From Coniocarpon cinnabarinum (lineage: Eukaryota): a stretch of 64,000 bases of DNA. The position numbers and the translations under genes are program-made. The notes beneath the pieces are model-generated. The model saw only the letters and a list, made by a program, of their open reading frames with translations, was not told where the DNA came from and did not search any database. Below are positions 11,867-26,092 of the stretch, piece after piece (position 1 is the stretch's first letter; each line of letters opens with the position of its first letter). The stretch covers positions 1-64,000 of the forward strand of contig JAVECO010000136.1 of the NCBI GenBank assembly GCA_051942205.1, given 5' to 3'.

Positions 11867-12621
11867 CGCGTCGTTGCGACAGATACAGATGTTTACTTTA
11901 TTGCAAATATCACAAAGCCGGCAAAGCCATGCTCGAAGACGACTAACTTTTCACTTATGTACTACCACGAGTCTCTAGAAACTTCTGACAGGTGTTTTCC
12001 CGCTGGTTTAGGAGACACAAACGCCCCTGTACACGAACTATCGACACTTGTTCTATAGGGCCGCGGTCGTTGACGCATGATTCGCCAACAATACGCGCGT
12101 GTCGTACAAAAGTTTCAGCACTGCGCGTACGTTTGCGTGCCGGCGTATCACAAAGCTTCTCTCCTTGCAGGACAATGTTTTTCAATGTCCGTCATTATCT
12201 GCCACCATGCGCAAACTGATTTTCACTTATTCATAGTATCCAGTCAGACATCTCTCAGCGCCTGAGGATCCGTCTCGACCGCCACGTGTTGGCCCCATAT
12301 CAATCTGCTTGTGTCTGTGCGCGCGGTGGCATGATGATGATGATGTCCTAACTCTACCGACTTCTTTATTGGACAGACAGAGGATATACATGCTCAGTGT
12401 GATTTGCCAGCCGATATTTGAGCATCGTGCGCAGCTGGCCTAAAATTGCACTCCTCATTTGTCTGCCAACTCCAGTAATGCTTACCTGAAACACCAACAC
12501 AGCCACGGCCCCCTGGCTCATTACTCGGACCCTTCACACAAGGCCGCACTTGAAGTTATATTTCAACGCGAGGCCCATCAACTTCTCACGATGTTTCGGC
12601 CCGCCTATCTATAGACATGCG

Positions 12622-13873
12622 ATGAGTTCTGTCCACTCTGGAGCGGCTAGCGGCCTTGACGCGCTTTGCCAAAGCCAGTCATCTGGATCGCTTACAGCTG
12701 GCATCGCTGTTCTGCTGGCCCTTGCCGTCGTGTTTGTTGTTTCTCGAATTTATTTGCGGCTGCGCAATGGGACGAGGCTTTTGTGGGACGATGCGGCGTT
12801 GCTGCTGACTCTGGTATGACCGCTCGAGAGTCCTTCTAAGCCCAGCTAATGCTTTTTAACAGATATTGCTGGTTGCAACCAGTGGCCTGATCTTTGCGGT
12901 GGCTAGGCTTGGAGTCGGGGCACACATTGAGTGTGTGACTCGCGGTAAGTCTATACGTCAATACGCGCTGCTGCTAGTAAAGGATGGGGACCACCTACGA
13001 AAAAATCTGTGTCTCTCAGAACATCGTTGCTAAGTGACGGAACAGCGAACCTCGGACGGATTGTCAAGTTGTATCTTGTGGAGCAAATATTTACGTCGGT
13101 GGTCAGCCAAGTCGCAGCACTGAGCCTCAGAGTTTCCATCACGCTCTTCATCATCCAACCTGCGAACTTCACAGCGCCATGGAGATCAACGGTCTTGGGC
13201 GTGTCCATCGCGTTCTCGGCCCTGTTCTTCGTCTTTCTGGCGGGCATTGTGACCACGTGTCGGCCTCTTGCAAAGTACTGGGATCCTACAATCCCTGGCG
13301 GCAGCTGCAGAACAGATGATTGGGGTGGTATTGGTGATAGCAGTTCGTCGGCGTTTGGCACTTACTCATGTGTATCTTGATTAACAGCTCATCCCCAGCT
13401 CTGGCCATCGTCTGGGATCTCATGCTCGCCTTCCTCGCGTTGTCCCTCATTCGTGGCAGTCGAGACAAGCCTTTGTCCGCGAAATTGGCGTTATGGATAT
13501 TCTCAGTATTGGGCTTCGTGTAGGTATTGGTAGAATGCATGCCGGTTTCATTTCAGCATAGCTAATTCGATGCAGCCCTGCCATTTGCGCCGCCGTCCGA
13601 CTGGCACTTGAGCAGACGCTTGCAACTTTCGACTTGACTTGTGAGCAACATGCGCTCTAGATATATTGGACGAGACACTTCGCTAACTCAATTTTGCAAG
13701 ATAATCTTCCAGAAATCTTATTCTTCAGCACCCTGGAGATAGTCAGCGGTGTTGTGCTGGCTTGTATCCCTGATATTTACTTCTCCGTCCGATCTAAGCT
13801 GAGAGTTAATGAAAGATCAAGTATTCGCATTCCTGATGAGACAACCCCGGAGCACGAGAAGGGCGATGTATAA
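12622..13873 (+). CDS. PTH11-like (fungal rhodopsin-domain) integral membrane protein
   Basis: Multi-exon gene; hydrophobic helices with SRIYLR...LLWDD, TCRPLAKYWDPTIPGGSC, IVWD and LEIVSGVVLACIP; about five short introns, some junctions ambiguous. Confidence 0.8.
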
Positions 13874-14546
13874 AGCATCCATGTGACCATGTACCATGTC
13901 TGTTGACAAGAAATGTAGCAGGTATCAACGAAAGATAAGTTTTTAAGCCTTGGCCTCAAAACTCGTGGGACCTAGTGATGGTCACTCAACCCAACCGCTC
14001 CGCTTTACCTATCCATCGTCAGAAGTGGAAGGTTTGGCTAACATGTCACAGCGCGTGCGAGCATTTACGGCGTACCTATTCCATCGCAATGATCGTGCAG
14101 ACGCTAGACAACATATGCAACAAGATCATGTCTCGTCTATCTATAGCTCAAAAGCGTGCCTAAGTGTACAGATTTGCATTGACGTAGAGACACAGAGGGT
14201 GTACCTGCCACCTCGTAATTCAGCACATTATGAGGAGCAAGGGACATTTGCCGTTGTACGTATTGCTCTGTGACCAAAATGTTTGTCGTCGTAGAGGCTC
14301 GCTGCCTTCACTTATATCCGGTAATGATCTCTGTACTCTTGAGTCAGGCTTTCGGCCAGAGGTTTTCATACACCTTGGGCGCTCATGGACATGTGCCACC
14401 ACTATGCTCTGCTAAATATCTTAAATACCTTCAGGCGCGACTTTAAATCTAGCCTCTTTCCATTCAGCCCAATGCACGCCGCGGCTTGAAGGTTTCCCAC
14501 GCCAACAGTATGATCCTCTGCTCTCAGTGTATTTCCTAAAAAGATG

Positions 14547-16842
14547 CTACGCGGGTGACAAATTCTGCGCCGCAGCCTCGATTCCCCTGCTTGTCCGCTG
14601 TATCTGCTCTTCAGCCATAGTCTGATCCATGTAGTTCTCGATTGCTTCGGTAACACCAGGAAAAGTCGTAGGGGCGTATCCAGTATCCAAGCCCGGAGCG
14701 AAGACCACATGCTTGTAAAACTCTCTGTTCGGCAAACCACCTTGTGATACAAATCCTCGCGAGAAGTCCCTCAGCCTGGCGTTGATAGTCGCGACTGTCG
14801 CCGTGTCAGGATTAGAAGCGATCAAGCTGCTTATCGTGGCGGCAGAGGTGTTGAACGTGCTGATAGCCGATGCGATCGGGCTCAGATCCAAGGTGGAGTA
14901 GTTGCTGCCAGCAACTGTGTCCTGTAGATCGGCAAGGTAAGATGTCATTTGCGCGCCATAGTTCTCGACATTGTATGGTATGACCTCGGCGGTGGCGAGA
15001 TTGTACGCCAGCAAGGACAAGTATTGACCCATGACCTTGTGCGTGCCGTATCCGGGATCACCGAACGTGGACATCCAATGATAGCTATCATAGTCACTGT
15101 GGTAGTGGTAGATTGCATCGGTCGGACCCGGATCGGTGCCCATGTCAATTGAAGATATGCCGTTGTGCACGAAGCTGGTGTAATCCGATCCTGATCCCAA
15201 GACTCCAATGTCCCCGTCAGACAAGCCAAACCAGACGTCATACAGCGTCAAATTATCATAGCCTCTGTAAGGATACACGATCTTCTTCATGGTGTCAACG
15301 GCGACCTGGTGGAGATCTGGGGTGGCAGAAATGCTGGGGTCTGGTCCAGAAACACCAACATCAATGTTCAAGTATGACACTGCAGCAGTCTTGAGCCAGG
15401 GGATGTATTCCTCAACAAACTCAGTGGACCCTAATAGGCCGTACTCCTCGGCATCCCACGAGCACAAAACGATTGTTCTTTTCGGCTGCCAGCCGGTCTT
15501 CAGAAGTGCCCCAAATGCTTTGGAAAGCTCGACCAAGATTGCTGAGCCACTGTTTGGGTCTGCATTCCCTCCAACTATCCATGCATCTCGATGATTGCCC
15601 AGGACAATGACCTCGTCTTGGCTAGTACCGTTGATGATGCCGACGGCATCCCAAATATAGGTTGTGTTGTCTTGCATGACATTGTCCAAATTTAGCGTTG
15701 CTCCTGGATTTGGTCCAGTGGAATAAGTCGCGTTGAATGCGCCCACCCAGGATGTCCTGTTCACTGCATCACCAGGTGTTCCATATCCATCTAGAGCTTG
15801 GATCAGCTTTTGGCCTTCTACGTAGGATATCGGGAGACTGGGAATGCGAGGCGTGACGGGCGCAGTGTCTACGCGCGGGCTATCCGGCTTGGATGGGTAG
15901 CCTGGGGTCGTTGGATCTCCTGGATATGTGCTCAGAAACTGGACGCTTCCTCTCTGCACCTACAGAGCCGTAAGCGTTGTTTGTTGGCGACACCAACGCG
16001 CTGCGATACTTACCGTCGAGGGATTCCGAGCATAACCTTCAGGGTACGCGGCATAGCCGTTTGCTTCAGTAACATTGCCATCATCCCCAGTGTCTGTGAA
16101 GATGACGCAGCCGATCATACCATGGTCTTGCGCATTCTTCACCTTGAGGCCTCGAAACGGTCCCCCATATCGAGCCAAAGCAATCTTGCCCTCCAGTGGT
16201 ACACCCAAAGCAACTAGCCTCTCAAAGTCTGCCTGCTGGCCTCGTCCGACGTATACGTAGTCAGCCTCAGCGCTGCCTGTGAACGAGTAACCATGGAACA
16301 CTGGCACTCGGTTAGGGTAGGAAGTAGTTTCATCTTGAGACAGAACATCTTCTTCAATATTGACTGCCCGAGTTGAGCCGTCGGCAGACGTCGTGCTCAG
16401 CGACTGTGATACTGGGTAATTTAAGTAGGTGTCTAGCGCGGTCATCAGATGAGTGACATATAATTTGCATTCCCGTTGCCTACAGTATTCCACTAAAAAG
16501 CTTGTGAAACCATTATCTGCCCATCTGTCCGCTGTCCACTGAGCCATAGACCGGTTTGTACCTGCCAGATGCAAGCCATGCCCATAGTAGTAGGACCTTC
16601 GTGCACAATCGTGAGTTTGGAGAGGAGCATTGTGGATTCGAAGCTCACCATTCGTTGATCGTGGTGTTGTCAAAAGAGCTGAGCAATACAGACTCTTCTG
16701 GGGTCAGCTGCGGGGGAAAGGTGTTCTCCTGGCGCTTGGTGAGAGCTCTGTGAGCATGAAACTCGTGTCGCTGTTCTCGTTGGCAAGCTTGAATCGCTGG
16801 CGCGAGATACAGAATTGAGATGAAGAGCTGAGAGAGCTTCAT
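14547..16842 (-). CDS. Secreted glutamate carboxypeptidase II-like peptidase (M28, PA and transferrin-receptor-like dimerisation domains)
   Basis: Signal peptide MKLSQLF...; ARYGGPFRGLKVKNAQ, GNHRDAW, WDAEEYGLLGSTE, GSGSDY, YHYHSDYD; three GT-AG introns join the track ORFs in frame. Confidence 0.93.
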
Positions 16843-19190
16843 TCTGCAAAGGTGGGCGCAGTGATGGACTGGTGGCCGTACTCAGCTCCGGGAAATCCTC
16901 TGAACCGATCAATTGCATTGCTGTCTCCATGCTCGCTCTTATGCAGTCTTGTTATCATCCTTTGGTATAGGTGATCTGAAGCTTGCCGTGTCCCACATCA
17001 CGCAGCCCCTCCCTCCTGCTCCATCAAGCGTAGTATCAAAGTGCTTGGTCGCATGTTGCACCAAAGGAGCAGATGTCACCAGGCATGCCATTGGTCTCAC
17101 CCAGTGCTGGGCGGTGGCGCGGGGAAAGATGAAGCTTGGAGGAACATCATAATGCAGCTCCCCATGACGTTGCCAAGAGGCTCCTGCAGAGCCGGGCTAC
17201 ACATTTGTCGGTGCCGCTGCAAGAATGGCGACGAGACCAACGAGCATATCTGCGGGGCTGCAGTGGCTCTATCAGCTTCCCCATCGACAAGCAAACTGAT
17301 AGATGGTCTTGCAGGATCATCGGAGACCGCGTGAAGTGTCAGCTTTTCGACTTGTTGGACCACAAGCATCTGACCCGCAACACCTTCGCATGGCTTCTTC
17401 ATTGGCTTGGGAATGTTTCTTGGACATGTCCAAAGTCGCGCTGTACTCGAGGGAAAAGACTGGCCCGCTCTAGTGGCTGAGAAGCTACTCGAAATCTTAC
17501 CTTCAAGTTCGTGGACGCCCATGACACAGGCACGCAAGTGTGTGCGCGCAAACACTAACTGTAGCTTTCGAGGTGTTGTGGTGACGTCCTGAGGCGGTCT
17601 GCAATGCAAATATAGCCACAAAGTTCTTCTGCATGAGTCTGCTGCCACTCGAGACCGGATGCGAGTTCACGCATTGCTACAGAGTTACTGCACATGCGTA
17701 TAGAGCACTTAGCCTTGAGTGTGAAGTAAGCAATACTGCGCGCATTGCAGAGCAATGGCATGGAAGCCACTCTCTTGGAGTACGTTACTCTCGGCTCAGT
17801 CCCATATCGCAGAGCTCATAGCCAGACTGCATCTTGATTATCTTGATTATCCCCTTGATGGCTCTCTCATCGAGCAGCTCAAATGGCTTCAATCACAACC
17901 CACAAGTGTTGCGTTCTTGGCGAGTCTATCAGATTGTGGATGTAGTGGATTGCAAAGATATCAAGGATGTAAGACGAGGAGAGGAAGAGCCCCTGTGCAC
18001 TTGCTTTAGAGCTATGTAGCACGTGTCAGTCTCGAGAGAAGAAGCTGCATGTTTCTAAAGGCTACTCAGTCGATGAAAATGCCCATGGCTAAATTTGTTG
18101 TGCGGGAGTGGAGGCATGTGTGTTGCAGCAGATCACTTTCCGAACCAAAATTTTTGACCACCGTAATGGAGCCATCATGCTCGTTTGCGGTCCCTGTATC
18201 ATCTTCTCTTTCTTTCCTCGGCAAGATGACTCTGGTGAAGGGAAATCAGAAGTGCAAAAAGGTTTGGCGAGGCCACAGCAAAAATTACGCACGTCTGCGT
18301 GGGAGCCTTAAACAATTTGGCTTGGTGAACTCGGTGATGGTCATATGCGAAAGGGCCGCAGGCGTTGTTTCGCTCTGGAAGTGAAACCCTGCCAAGGTCT
18401 TGCATCACCATCCATTCACCGCAAAGGTCTTGAATGCAAAGCCTCAGCCAATATTCTTCCAGCCTAAGTCTCGTTAGAGTAGAGGCTCGCTGTATGGACT
18501 AAGATCCAATTCCCGATGCGAGATCTCACTTCTTCGCGCGACGACATGGCTGGCTACCCGCGAGATCAGCTGAGGGCAACATTGTCACAGAAGATCGTCC
18601 ACAAGCAAAGGTCGCTCCACTCTCCGACGACTAAGGGAGCAAGAAAAATGGGACTGAACTCTGTAACCTCTACCTTTATCGTTCGCATAACCTTTGTGTG
18701 ACAGCTCCAACCCCCAACTATTCAACAGCCACGGGATGTATCAGCGTTCATGAATTCCAGGTGAGCACATAGCCAGCTTGGGATTTTGAAATAAAAAGTG
18801 ACCCTAACGATGTGCGCAGGTGCTTGTGTATGTCTTGCTCAGCATCCTCATTGCTCTGACCCTCCGTCGTATCCTCATTAAGCCCAACCATGCGCGCGAA
18901 TTGAAGATTGATGGTACCTCACCACTGGCTACTTCGACGTTCATAATTGTCAACACTGCCTTTCGCGCCCCGTAACTCTCTATCCATTACACTGAGCAAG
19001 ACAACGGCGAGCGAGCCAAGGAACAAAATGAGAATGCTGCGGGTTCTGAGAGGTGTCCTCTCGATAAATGCTGTAAGGACATCGCGAAGTCCAACACCTT
19101 GAAGCCGCTCCAACTTCCAGCAGGCTTGTAAGACGTCTTCCCACATCCATGTCATACTCTATGTCCGGGTACTTGACCAGATTTTGTCGA

Positions 19191-21109
19191 TTAAGCATTA
19201 ATTACAGGGATATTACGCTCACGGTATCCTCTCCATCGCGGCAAAGTCCTTCCCAATCCTTGGCCTTTGCCCTGCGTCATTACTAGATCCTCAATCGCAC
19301 TGCCCCAGTGAATGAGCTTGTCCTCGGCCCAAGCCGTCTGCATCAGTGCCAATCCATACGGCATACCGCTGTCTGAGTGCGTCGCTGCGGGAATCGTCAG
19401 GACAGGATATCCAGCTTGTGCCGCAATCTGATAGCTCTGTGCGACGTCGGGAGGGACCAGCAAGGCATCGAGTTGCTGACCGTTGTTGTCGAGCGCGTCG
19501 TCGATGCCGCCGCGGGTCTTGCTCTGGCAGAAGTGCAGAGCCGTATAGTACAAATCGTCGTATGTGCCGTTGGTATCCAGAGAGGCTAAGAGCCCGTCTT
19601 GGCCGCTGTAGAACGCGGGAATTCCACCAGGATAAGGGTAGCCGCCCTCAGAGCCATCGTTGTCGTAGTTGTAGAGCACCAGGTCCTGCACTGAGGTCAT
19701 TTCGGTGTTTTCCAGCTCGGACAGGTAGAAGGCAATATTGTTATAGAAGTCGACTTTGACGTAAGTATACTCTGATTCATTGGGATAGCCACGTGTGGTG
19801 CCATAATCCCAGTTCCAGCCGTCAGGACTCACGAGCGTCTCATGATCAGTGATCTCCGTGTTGTTGACGATTGTTGCACCAGCGCTGGAGACGAGATCGA
19901 GCATGGAGAGCAGTGTCGCCTGCTGCTCTTCATCGGCATAGACCCAAAAGGAGTCCCAAGGAATTCCGAAGGTCGCGCCATTCAAGACGGAGCTGTTGGT
20001 AAGCTGGCATGTGTAGCCTTGGGACTCCGGCGGCTGAGCGAGTGAGGCATTGTCCCTGGGATCTGGACCATAGATGGCGTCAAAGGCGTACGTCGCATCG
20101 CGGACGGTCTTGCCAAAGGTACCAACTGTATCCTGGTTGGTGCTCTCTGGAATGACGCCACTGCGAGAAGTTCTGCCAACTGTCGGCTTGATGCCCACAA
20201 CGGCATTTCTCTCAGCGGGATTGATGACGCTACCGTCGGTCTCGGTACCGAGGGCGATGGGGAAGACGTTCGCGCCTACACCGACACCGCTACCGCTACT
20301 GCTGCCGCCTGGATTGACAGTGAAGTTGTAAGCCGAGCGACACTGACCGCCTCGCCCGGAATAGCCCTCTGAGTAGTTGTTGCTGCGCATGTCGGCCCAC
20401 TCGCTGAGCGTCGCCTTGCCCATCAGGACCGCACCAGCGTCGCGCAATTTCGAGACCGTGAACGCGTCGCGAGGCACGACAGAACCCAGCAATGCCCAGC
20501 TGCCAGCCGTAGTCTCCATCTTGTCCTTGGAGGCAATGTTGTCCTTGATCGCAAAGGGGATGCCGTGCAGCGGCCCTCTCACTTTGCCTGCGGCGCGCTC
20601 CGCATCCAGAGACGCGGCGATGCTGAGGGCATCTGGGTTGACCTGCAAGATGGTGCTGCAACGTTCAGTCGTCAGCCTGTGTCACAGTAAAGCATTTGTA
20701 GCGAGAGGCCATGTCACTGTCACTAGCCAGAGGATCCATCAGGCGAATGAGGGAAATAGCGGTATACGTCATGTTTTCAATCACTATCATTTCAAACATA
20801 CTTAATATACGCTTGCGTCTGATAGGCGCGCTCATTATAACAGGTCAACAGCTGTACGGCGCTTAAGGACCCGTTGACCATGGCATCCTGCATCTCATCC
20901 ACGGTCGCTTCTTCCAGAGCAAAGTCTCCGCACGACGGGAATAGGAAGGCTTGTGGGACGGTAGCATCCTGTGGCGTTTGCTCTGGAAAGAAATAGCTGT
21001 CTGGCACCTGCAACGTGATGGACGAGTTGGCTGCCTGAGCCAAGGCAGAGCGACTCAGTCCAAGCACAGTCGTGGTGACGAAGACGACGAGGAAGTCTTG
21101 CGTCCACAT
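19191..21109 (-). CDS. Secreted amidase-signature family protein
   Basis: Signal peptide; intron 20801-20656; GPLHGIPFAIKDNI, PGGSSSGSG, GTETDGSVINPA, GIKPTVG. Confidence 0.93.
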
Positions 21110-22916
21110 GGCATCTGAGTTGTGGAGCTGCTAAAGCTTCAGACTGCAAGGGGCGGTGACAGGGTTCGAGCAGAGAGTGCACTGTGGATGGGAGCAAGAG
21201 GGAGCTATCAGACTGGTCACATACGATACCTTGTACCGCCATTGGTATGAACGGGTTGGCGGTAGGCATTTTTAGGAAGGTCGAATGTCGTGTTGGTTTG
21301 CAAGAACATTGGTTGAAAGGCATGGTTTCCATGCAAGCCTAAGGAAAGCGTGAGCTAAAAGTCTCCCACATTATTAGTCTGCAGATGGCTGAAACTTGGC
21401 TAAGCACACTTTGAGAAGTCGCGGGGACTGACAGCTTCTTCTCATTCATCACAAAGATGACAAAGCAATGTTGAAGCAGATTTGCGGAGAGAACCAGGTG
21501 TTGGAGCGCGACAGCCAGCGCCTGAAGTTGACAGGTGGAACTCGGAGCGTGTACGGCGGCTGTTGCGCCTTCGCCAGCTGTCACTTGTCAAAGCATTACC
21601 CGGAGAATATCTGGAGCAGCCGACGTCAGATTATTTGGAGGAGGCCAATCATCGTTGCGCTTGTAATGGAAGCCAGGAGCCAGGAGCAGGCAGCGAGCGA
21701 GCACGGCGGGATGCTTGCATTGGAGCTGGAGGTGACTCGCGCGTTCAAGCAAGGCTGACTTGCTCGACCCCGGAAGCAAACCTTGCGATTCCCCTGGGCT
21801 CTAAGCCGTTTTCGCTCCGCAAATGAACGCCTCACGCCTCACGCCGCAAGCCGTCGGTTGGATCCTTCCGTAAGACCCGGGGGTGCGACCGGAGGCTTCC
21901 ATCGCAAGCTGGCGCCACCGGACAGCAGATCGCCAGCAGGTCCGCGCTGACCCGTGCTGCTCTGTCCGTCAGGACACCGGGTGTCCAGTCAAGACGAGAT
22001 GGCCGACGTGGTCACCGCAACAGTACGGAGCAGAGGCGACGTGGCGACGTGACGACGCGCTTGACATGTGAATAATTTCCCCAACCGCCCGCTTGCATAA
22101 TGGGAATATCACGGGGATGTTCTCCGGTCGCGCTGCGCCGCCGAGGGCCTCAAGGCCTTGTGGGATCCCCTCATTCAGCACCCGCTTCTCTTTCGAGAGA
22201 AGCACTGTGCCGGCGTGCGAGCGGTGGTACTCCGTGTTGTATGTAGCATCCACCGTGCCACCCTAGCAGACATCGAGCGTTAGTCAAGCGCCAAGGCTGG
22301 GTTGCGTCTGAGCCCAATCTCTGGGCTGCACACTTGTCTTAGTCGAATCATCCCCGCAAGGGCCGCCACAGAGCCTGAATCCAGACCATCAAGAGGCGCC
22401 TCGCCCATGTCTGACCCGGATCCTGATCTGGTTCGCATGCCTGCTCCCTGCGATGGTTCCTGCAGGGCCAAGTCGATGACGGACGCACCGGCCTGTGGCT
22501 GGTCAGCAGTTCTCAATGATGCGACTGATATCAGACGAAGAATCTTCTGCACGACGTGATTGTGCATGAGCGCTGCTAAACGTCAGAACCCAATCATGAG
22601 CGCTGCTCGACCTTATGCCTAATCGGCATGGATCGCGTACTTTTCCCGTCCGGCGCAAAGGCGTCTGCATGTGTGGGACCAGGATCGCCGCTAATCGATG
22701 AAAAAATGACTCGAGCCTGTTGGTCTCTGCCACCTACCCGGCTACACTCTTTCCTCTCCTTCTTGGCCTCTTCCTGTATATGTATGATTGCCCTGCCGCT
22801 AAGTGCAGCTTTGCTGCTGTGTCCGCCGACCACGCACAGGGCTTGCCTGTCGTTTCTCGGTGCGGCTTGTGCTGATTGAATCCCGCGCGACGCGTTCCTA
22901 GCTCTCATGTGGAATC

Positions 22917-24195
22917 ATGACGATTCCAGCCGATATCGCCGCAGCATATGATCAGGGCCGAGTTCCAAATGGCACCAGTCTCGAATATCTGGCGCAGAGC
23001 AAAGATGTGTCTTGCACCGTTGCACTTTGGATTGTGTTTGCGTTGACGACATTGGTTTTCATTAGTCGAATTTGGTGTCGCTGTTACGTCAAATTCGACC
23101 TGGGTGTCGACGATGCTTTGGCAACAATATCCTGGGTATGCGGATTACGGCCACTGCCCTCAGTCGAACGCAACTGCCCACAAATCAAAACTAACGCGGT
23201 ACAACACAGGTTTGCCTCGTTGGATTCGTGGTCCTCAGTCAACTTCTTATCGACATGGGAAGCGGCCGGCACTATGATTACATTCAAGATGTCATGCCCA
23301 TGTCCCGCGTCGAGCAATCCGAGGTACTGGACTTCGCAGCCCACCTGATCTATACGACTGCTTTGTTTGCTTGTCGGCTCTCTGGACTGGCGTTTTATGA
23401 GAAGCGCATCATCAGCAATGCCACGCGATTCAAATGGGCCATCAGAATCACAGCTGGATTCTTGACCGCTGCATACATTCCACAAATGATGCTCATTGTC
23501 TTTCATTGCACACCGGTTACTGGTCTTTGGCCATATGACTGGCAATCGACGCCCAGACTATACAGTTGTCTCGCATGGGGTGTTGTCTACTCAGTCAACT
23601 CAACAATCTCGCTTGCTTCCGATGTGGCGTTGTTCGCGATCCCTATAGTGATTCTGTACTCACTACAGTGTCTATCCTATTCAAAGCGCGTCAAGTTGGC
23701 CTTTGTCATTATGCCTGGCATTGGGTAAGTTACTGGATTTCCTTTCCCTTGGCGGGCATCCTTTAGGCACAGACCCGTATCAAGTATTCCTATTACCTTG
23801 CCATTCACTTTTTCTTGGGTGTGGAGAACGAACGCTAACGTGGTTATTTGCGCAACAGTGTGGTCGGCATCTCAATCGCTCGCCTCGTCCTCGTCATCCG
23901 CAGTCAGTGGAGCCCAGACGAGTCGTGGATTTATGGCCCGATGCTGGCCGTGGAGACCTCTGAAATCGGGTCGACTCTGATTGCATTGTCAGCGCCGGCG
24001 GTGTATCCGCTCTTCCGGGCGTGGAGGCGCTCGTTGCATGAGACGTACACCAGTTTTACTTCAAGCCATCGAACGAGTCGAACGAGTCGAAATAATTCAT
24101 ACCAGTTGACGCCTGGTCTAGAGGCCCACGCCCGAGCCAGCGCGCGAACGAAGGATGTATTTGTAAACGAAGAAATAATCAACGATAGCGCATGA
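22917..24195 (+). CDS. PTH11-like (fungal rhodopsin-domain) integral membrane protein
   Basis: Three exons (introns ~23136-23209 and ~23726-23858); LGVDD, GSGRH, FHCTPVTGLWP, SDVALFAIP, VETSEIGSTLIALSAP. Confidence 0.88.
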
Positions 24196-24750
24196 CTGAC
24201 GAACGGAATTGTACCAATCAACGCGTGACTCCAAAACCTGTGTCAAGTCTCCCTACTTTGACACAAGCCTCCTGTCTTTTGCGCGCAGATTTCCACTCCG
24301 TTAGAAACAAGTCCTCTGCCCTCTATGCAATGGGAAGCGTCGCGTAGATTTCATCCGCCCATTTGGTCATGCGGTGACGGCGGCAAAGCTTTCTTACCCT
24401 GCCAGCCTCTGCGTTTGACACGCCACGCCATGAGATCCTACCTGAATCACCGGATCTTAGCCTCACCAGAACGGACGACAAAACGCCGTAGTTTTGGGTC
24501 TGGTGCTCGCATCGTAGAGATCTTTCTTATTGATAGGCTTTTGTGATTACAAAAGCTTGTTTGAGCCTCAGGAGGCACCAACATCATTTTCGCCGGGAGC
24601 CTCACTCGGCCGAATCATGCTTGTGAGGTTCATTTTAAGTTGCAATGTCAACGCCATAGCAATGCGTCATTCTCAGTCAGCCCTGACGCAAATAAATTTG
24701 AGTGAATAGTTCGACATGAAGCGCCATGAGAGCAGCGCAAACAAACAGAA

Positions 24751-25585
24751 ATGGGGTTCGTGTACCCAATCAAAGAAAGACTCGAGAGCGACCGCGTAGT
24801 TCTCGTAGTGTGGAATGTAAGCACACTTGTCGCACACTTTTCGAGACGGACTAAAACTTTGTTGACTGACGTAAAAGCCTCTTGTTCATCCTCAAGCATG
24901 GCTCAAAGCCACGGAAGATGCTCCTCAGCTCTTTGACTTCCTACCCTGGGGACCTTTTCCCAGCGTAGAGGCTGCGGACCAAGTGCTCACCATCTGGGCG
25001 GAAGACGAGACAAGGTTCCTCTTCGCCGTCTATGTAAAGCCTGGCGTGCTCGATCGCAGTGGCGAGCCGGCTGAGGCCAGTACAGATGGCAATGGCTGTC
25101 TAGCTGGTACGATCGGGTTGCTCAACTCAGTGCACGGCGATGCCACTACCGAAGTCGGACATGTAAGCCGCAGGATTTGCAATAATGGTCTTGCGTATGG
25201 TAACGGCTCACGATCAAAGGTCACCGTGCTTCCTCGTTGGCAGCGCACCAGTGTGATGACGCACGCAAATGGCTTGCTGCTCCGCGAGCTGCTGAACCCC
25301 CTGCCTCCCTTGGGCACTGGTCTGGGTCTGCGTCGCGTTCAGTGGCAGTGTCATTCCGACAATACTGCCAGCAGAAGGGCTGCCGAACGGCTCGGTTATG
25401 TGTACGAAGGGACGATACGGTGGTGTCGCGTGCTGCCACAGGGAAAGTCTGGCTCAGCCATGGACGGTGAGGGGAGGATGTATGGCGTAAAGCACAACGG
25501 ACGTCACTCATGTATGTTGGCGATTTGCTTTGACGATTGGGAACGTGGGGTCAGGCAGCGGATTGACACCATGATGAGTCGGTGA
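24751..25585 (+). CDS. GNAT acetyltransferase (RimJ/RimL-like)
   Basis: Introns 24817-24877 and ~25163-25219; EVGHV...LPRWQRT, LRRVQWQC, NTASRRAAERLGYVYEG. Confidence 0.9.
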
Positions 25586-26092
25586 AGTCTCCACGTTTTT
25601 TTGGTGCAGCGAGGGGAATTTTAGCGAGCATTGGTGACAACTTCAAGCTTATTCCACATGTCTGCGTTGTGATGATACATCTTTTGCGCAGTTGGATTCA
25701 CTGCGGAGACGAAAAAAAGGGCGAGCGCTTTGAATTCGTGAACGGGCAACCAGTGATCTCATCCTCCTATGTCCTATCTGCTTCGTCTCACAAATGGACT
25801 TGTAAGCTTTGTTCCTCGGGGTTTCAAAGACGAAAAAATTCGAGTTTATGGTGGGAAGGTGGATCAAGCCTGAGCAGAGTTGTGCGGCAAAGGCTCGGCA
25901 GTTGTCGGTATGCAAGCCCCACCGGAGATGCTGCAAGGTCGGAGCACATGGATGCAACAGTCGTACAGAATGCTTATCTTCTTGAGGACGACACCTTTCC
26001 TGCATCGTGTATGACTGAAGCGTCCTGTCTCGTTCTCGAGTGATCCCGTAGGTAGCAGGTAGCTTGCCAAGGTGATCTTGGCGGACGTCGTG

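Noticed and set aside
17041..18400. Overlapping short plus-strand ORFs that might be a degraded gene
   Set aside because: No recognisable motif and no consistent splice model; frequent stops in all frames.
21339..22908. GC-rich region with many short ORFs
   Set aside because: Lies between the divergent amidase and PTH11-like genes; ORFs of this size are expected by chance at this GC content.
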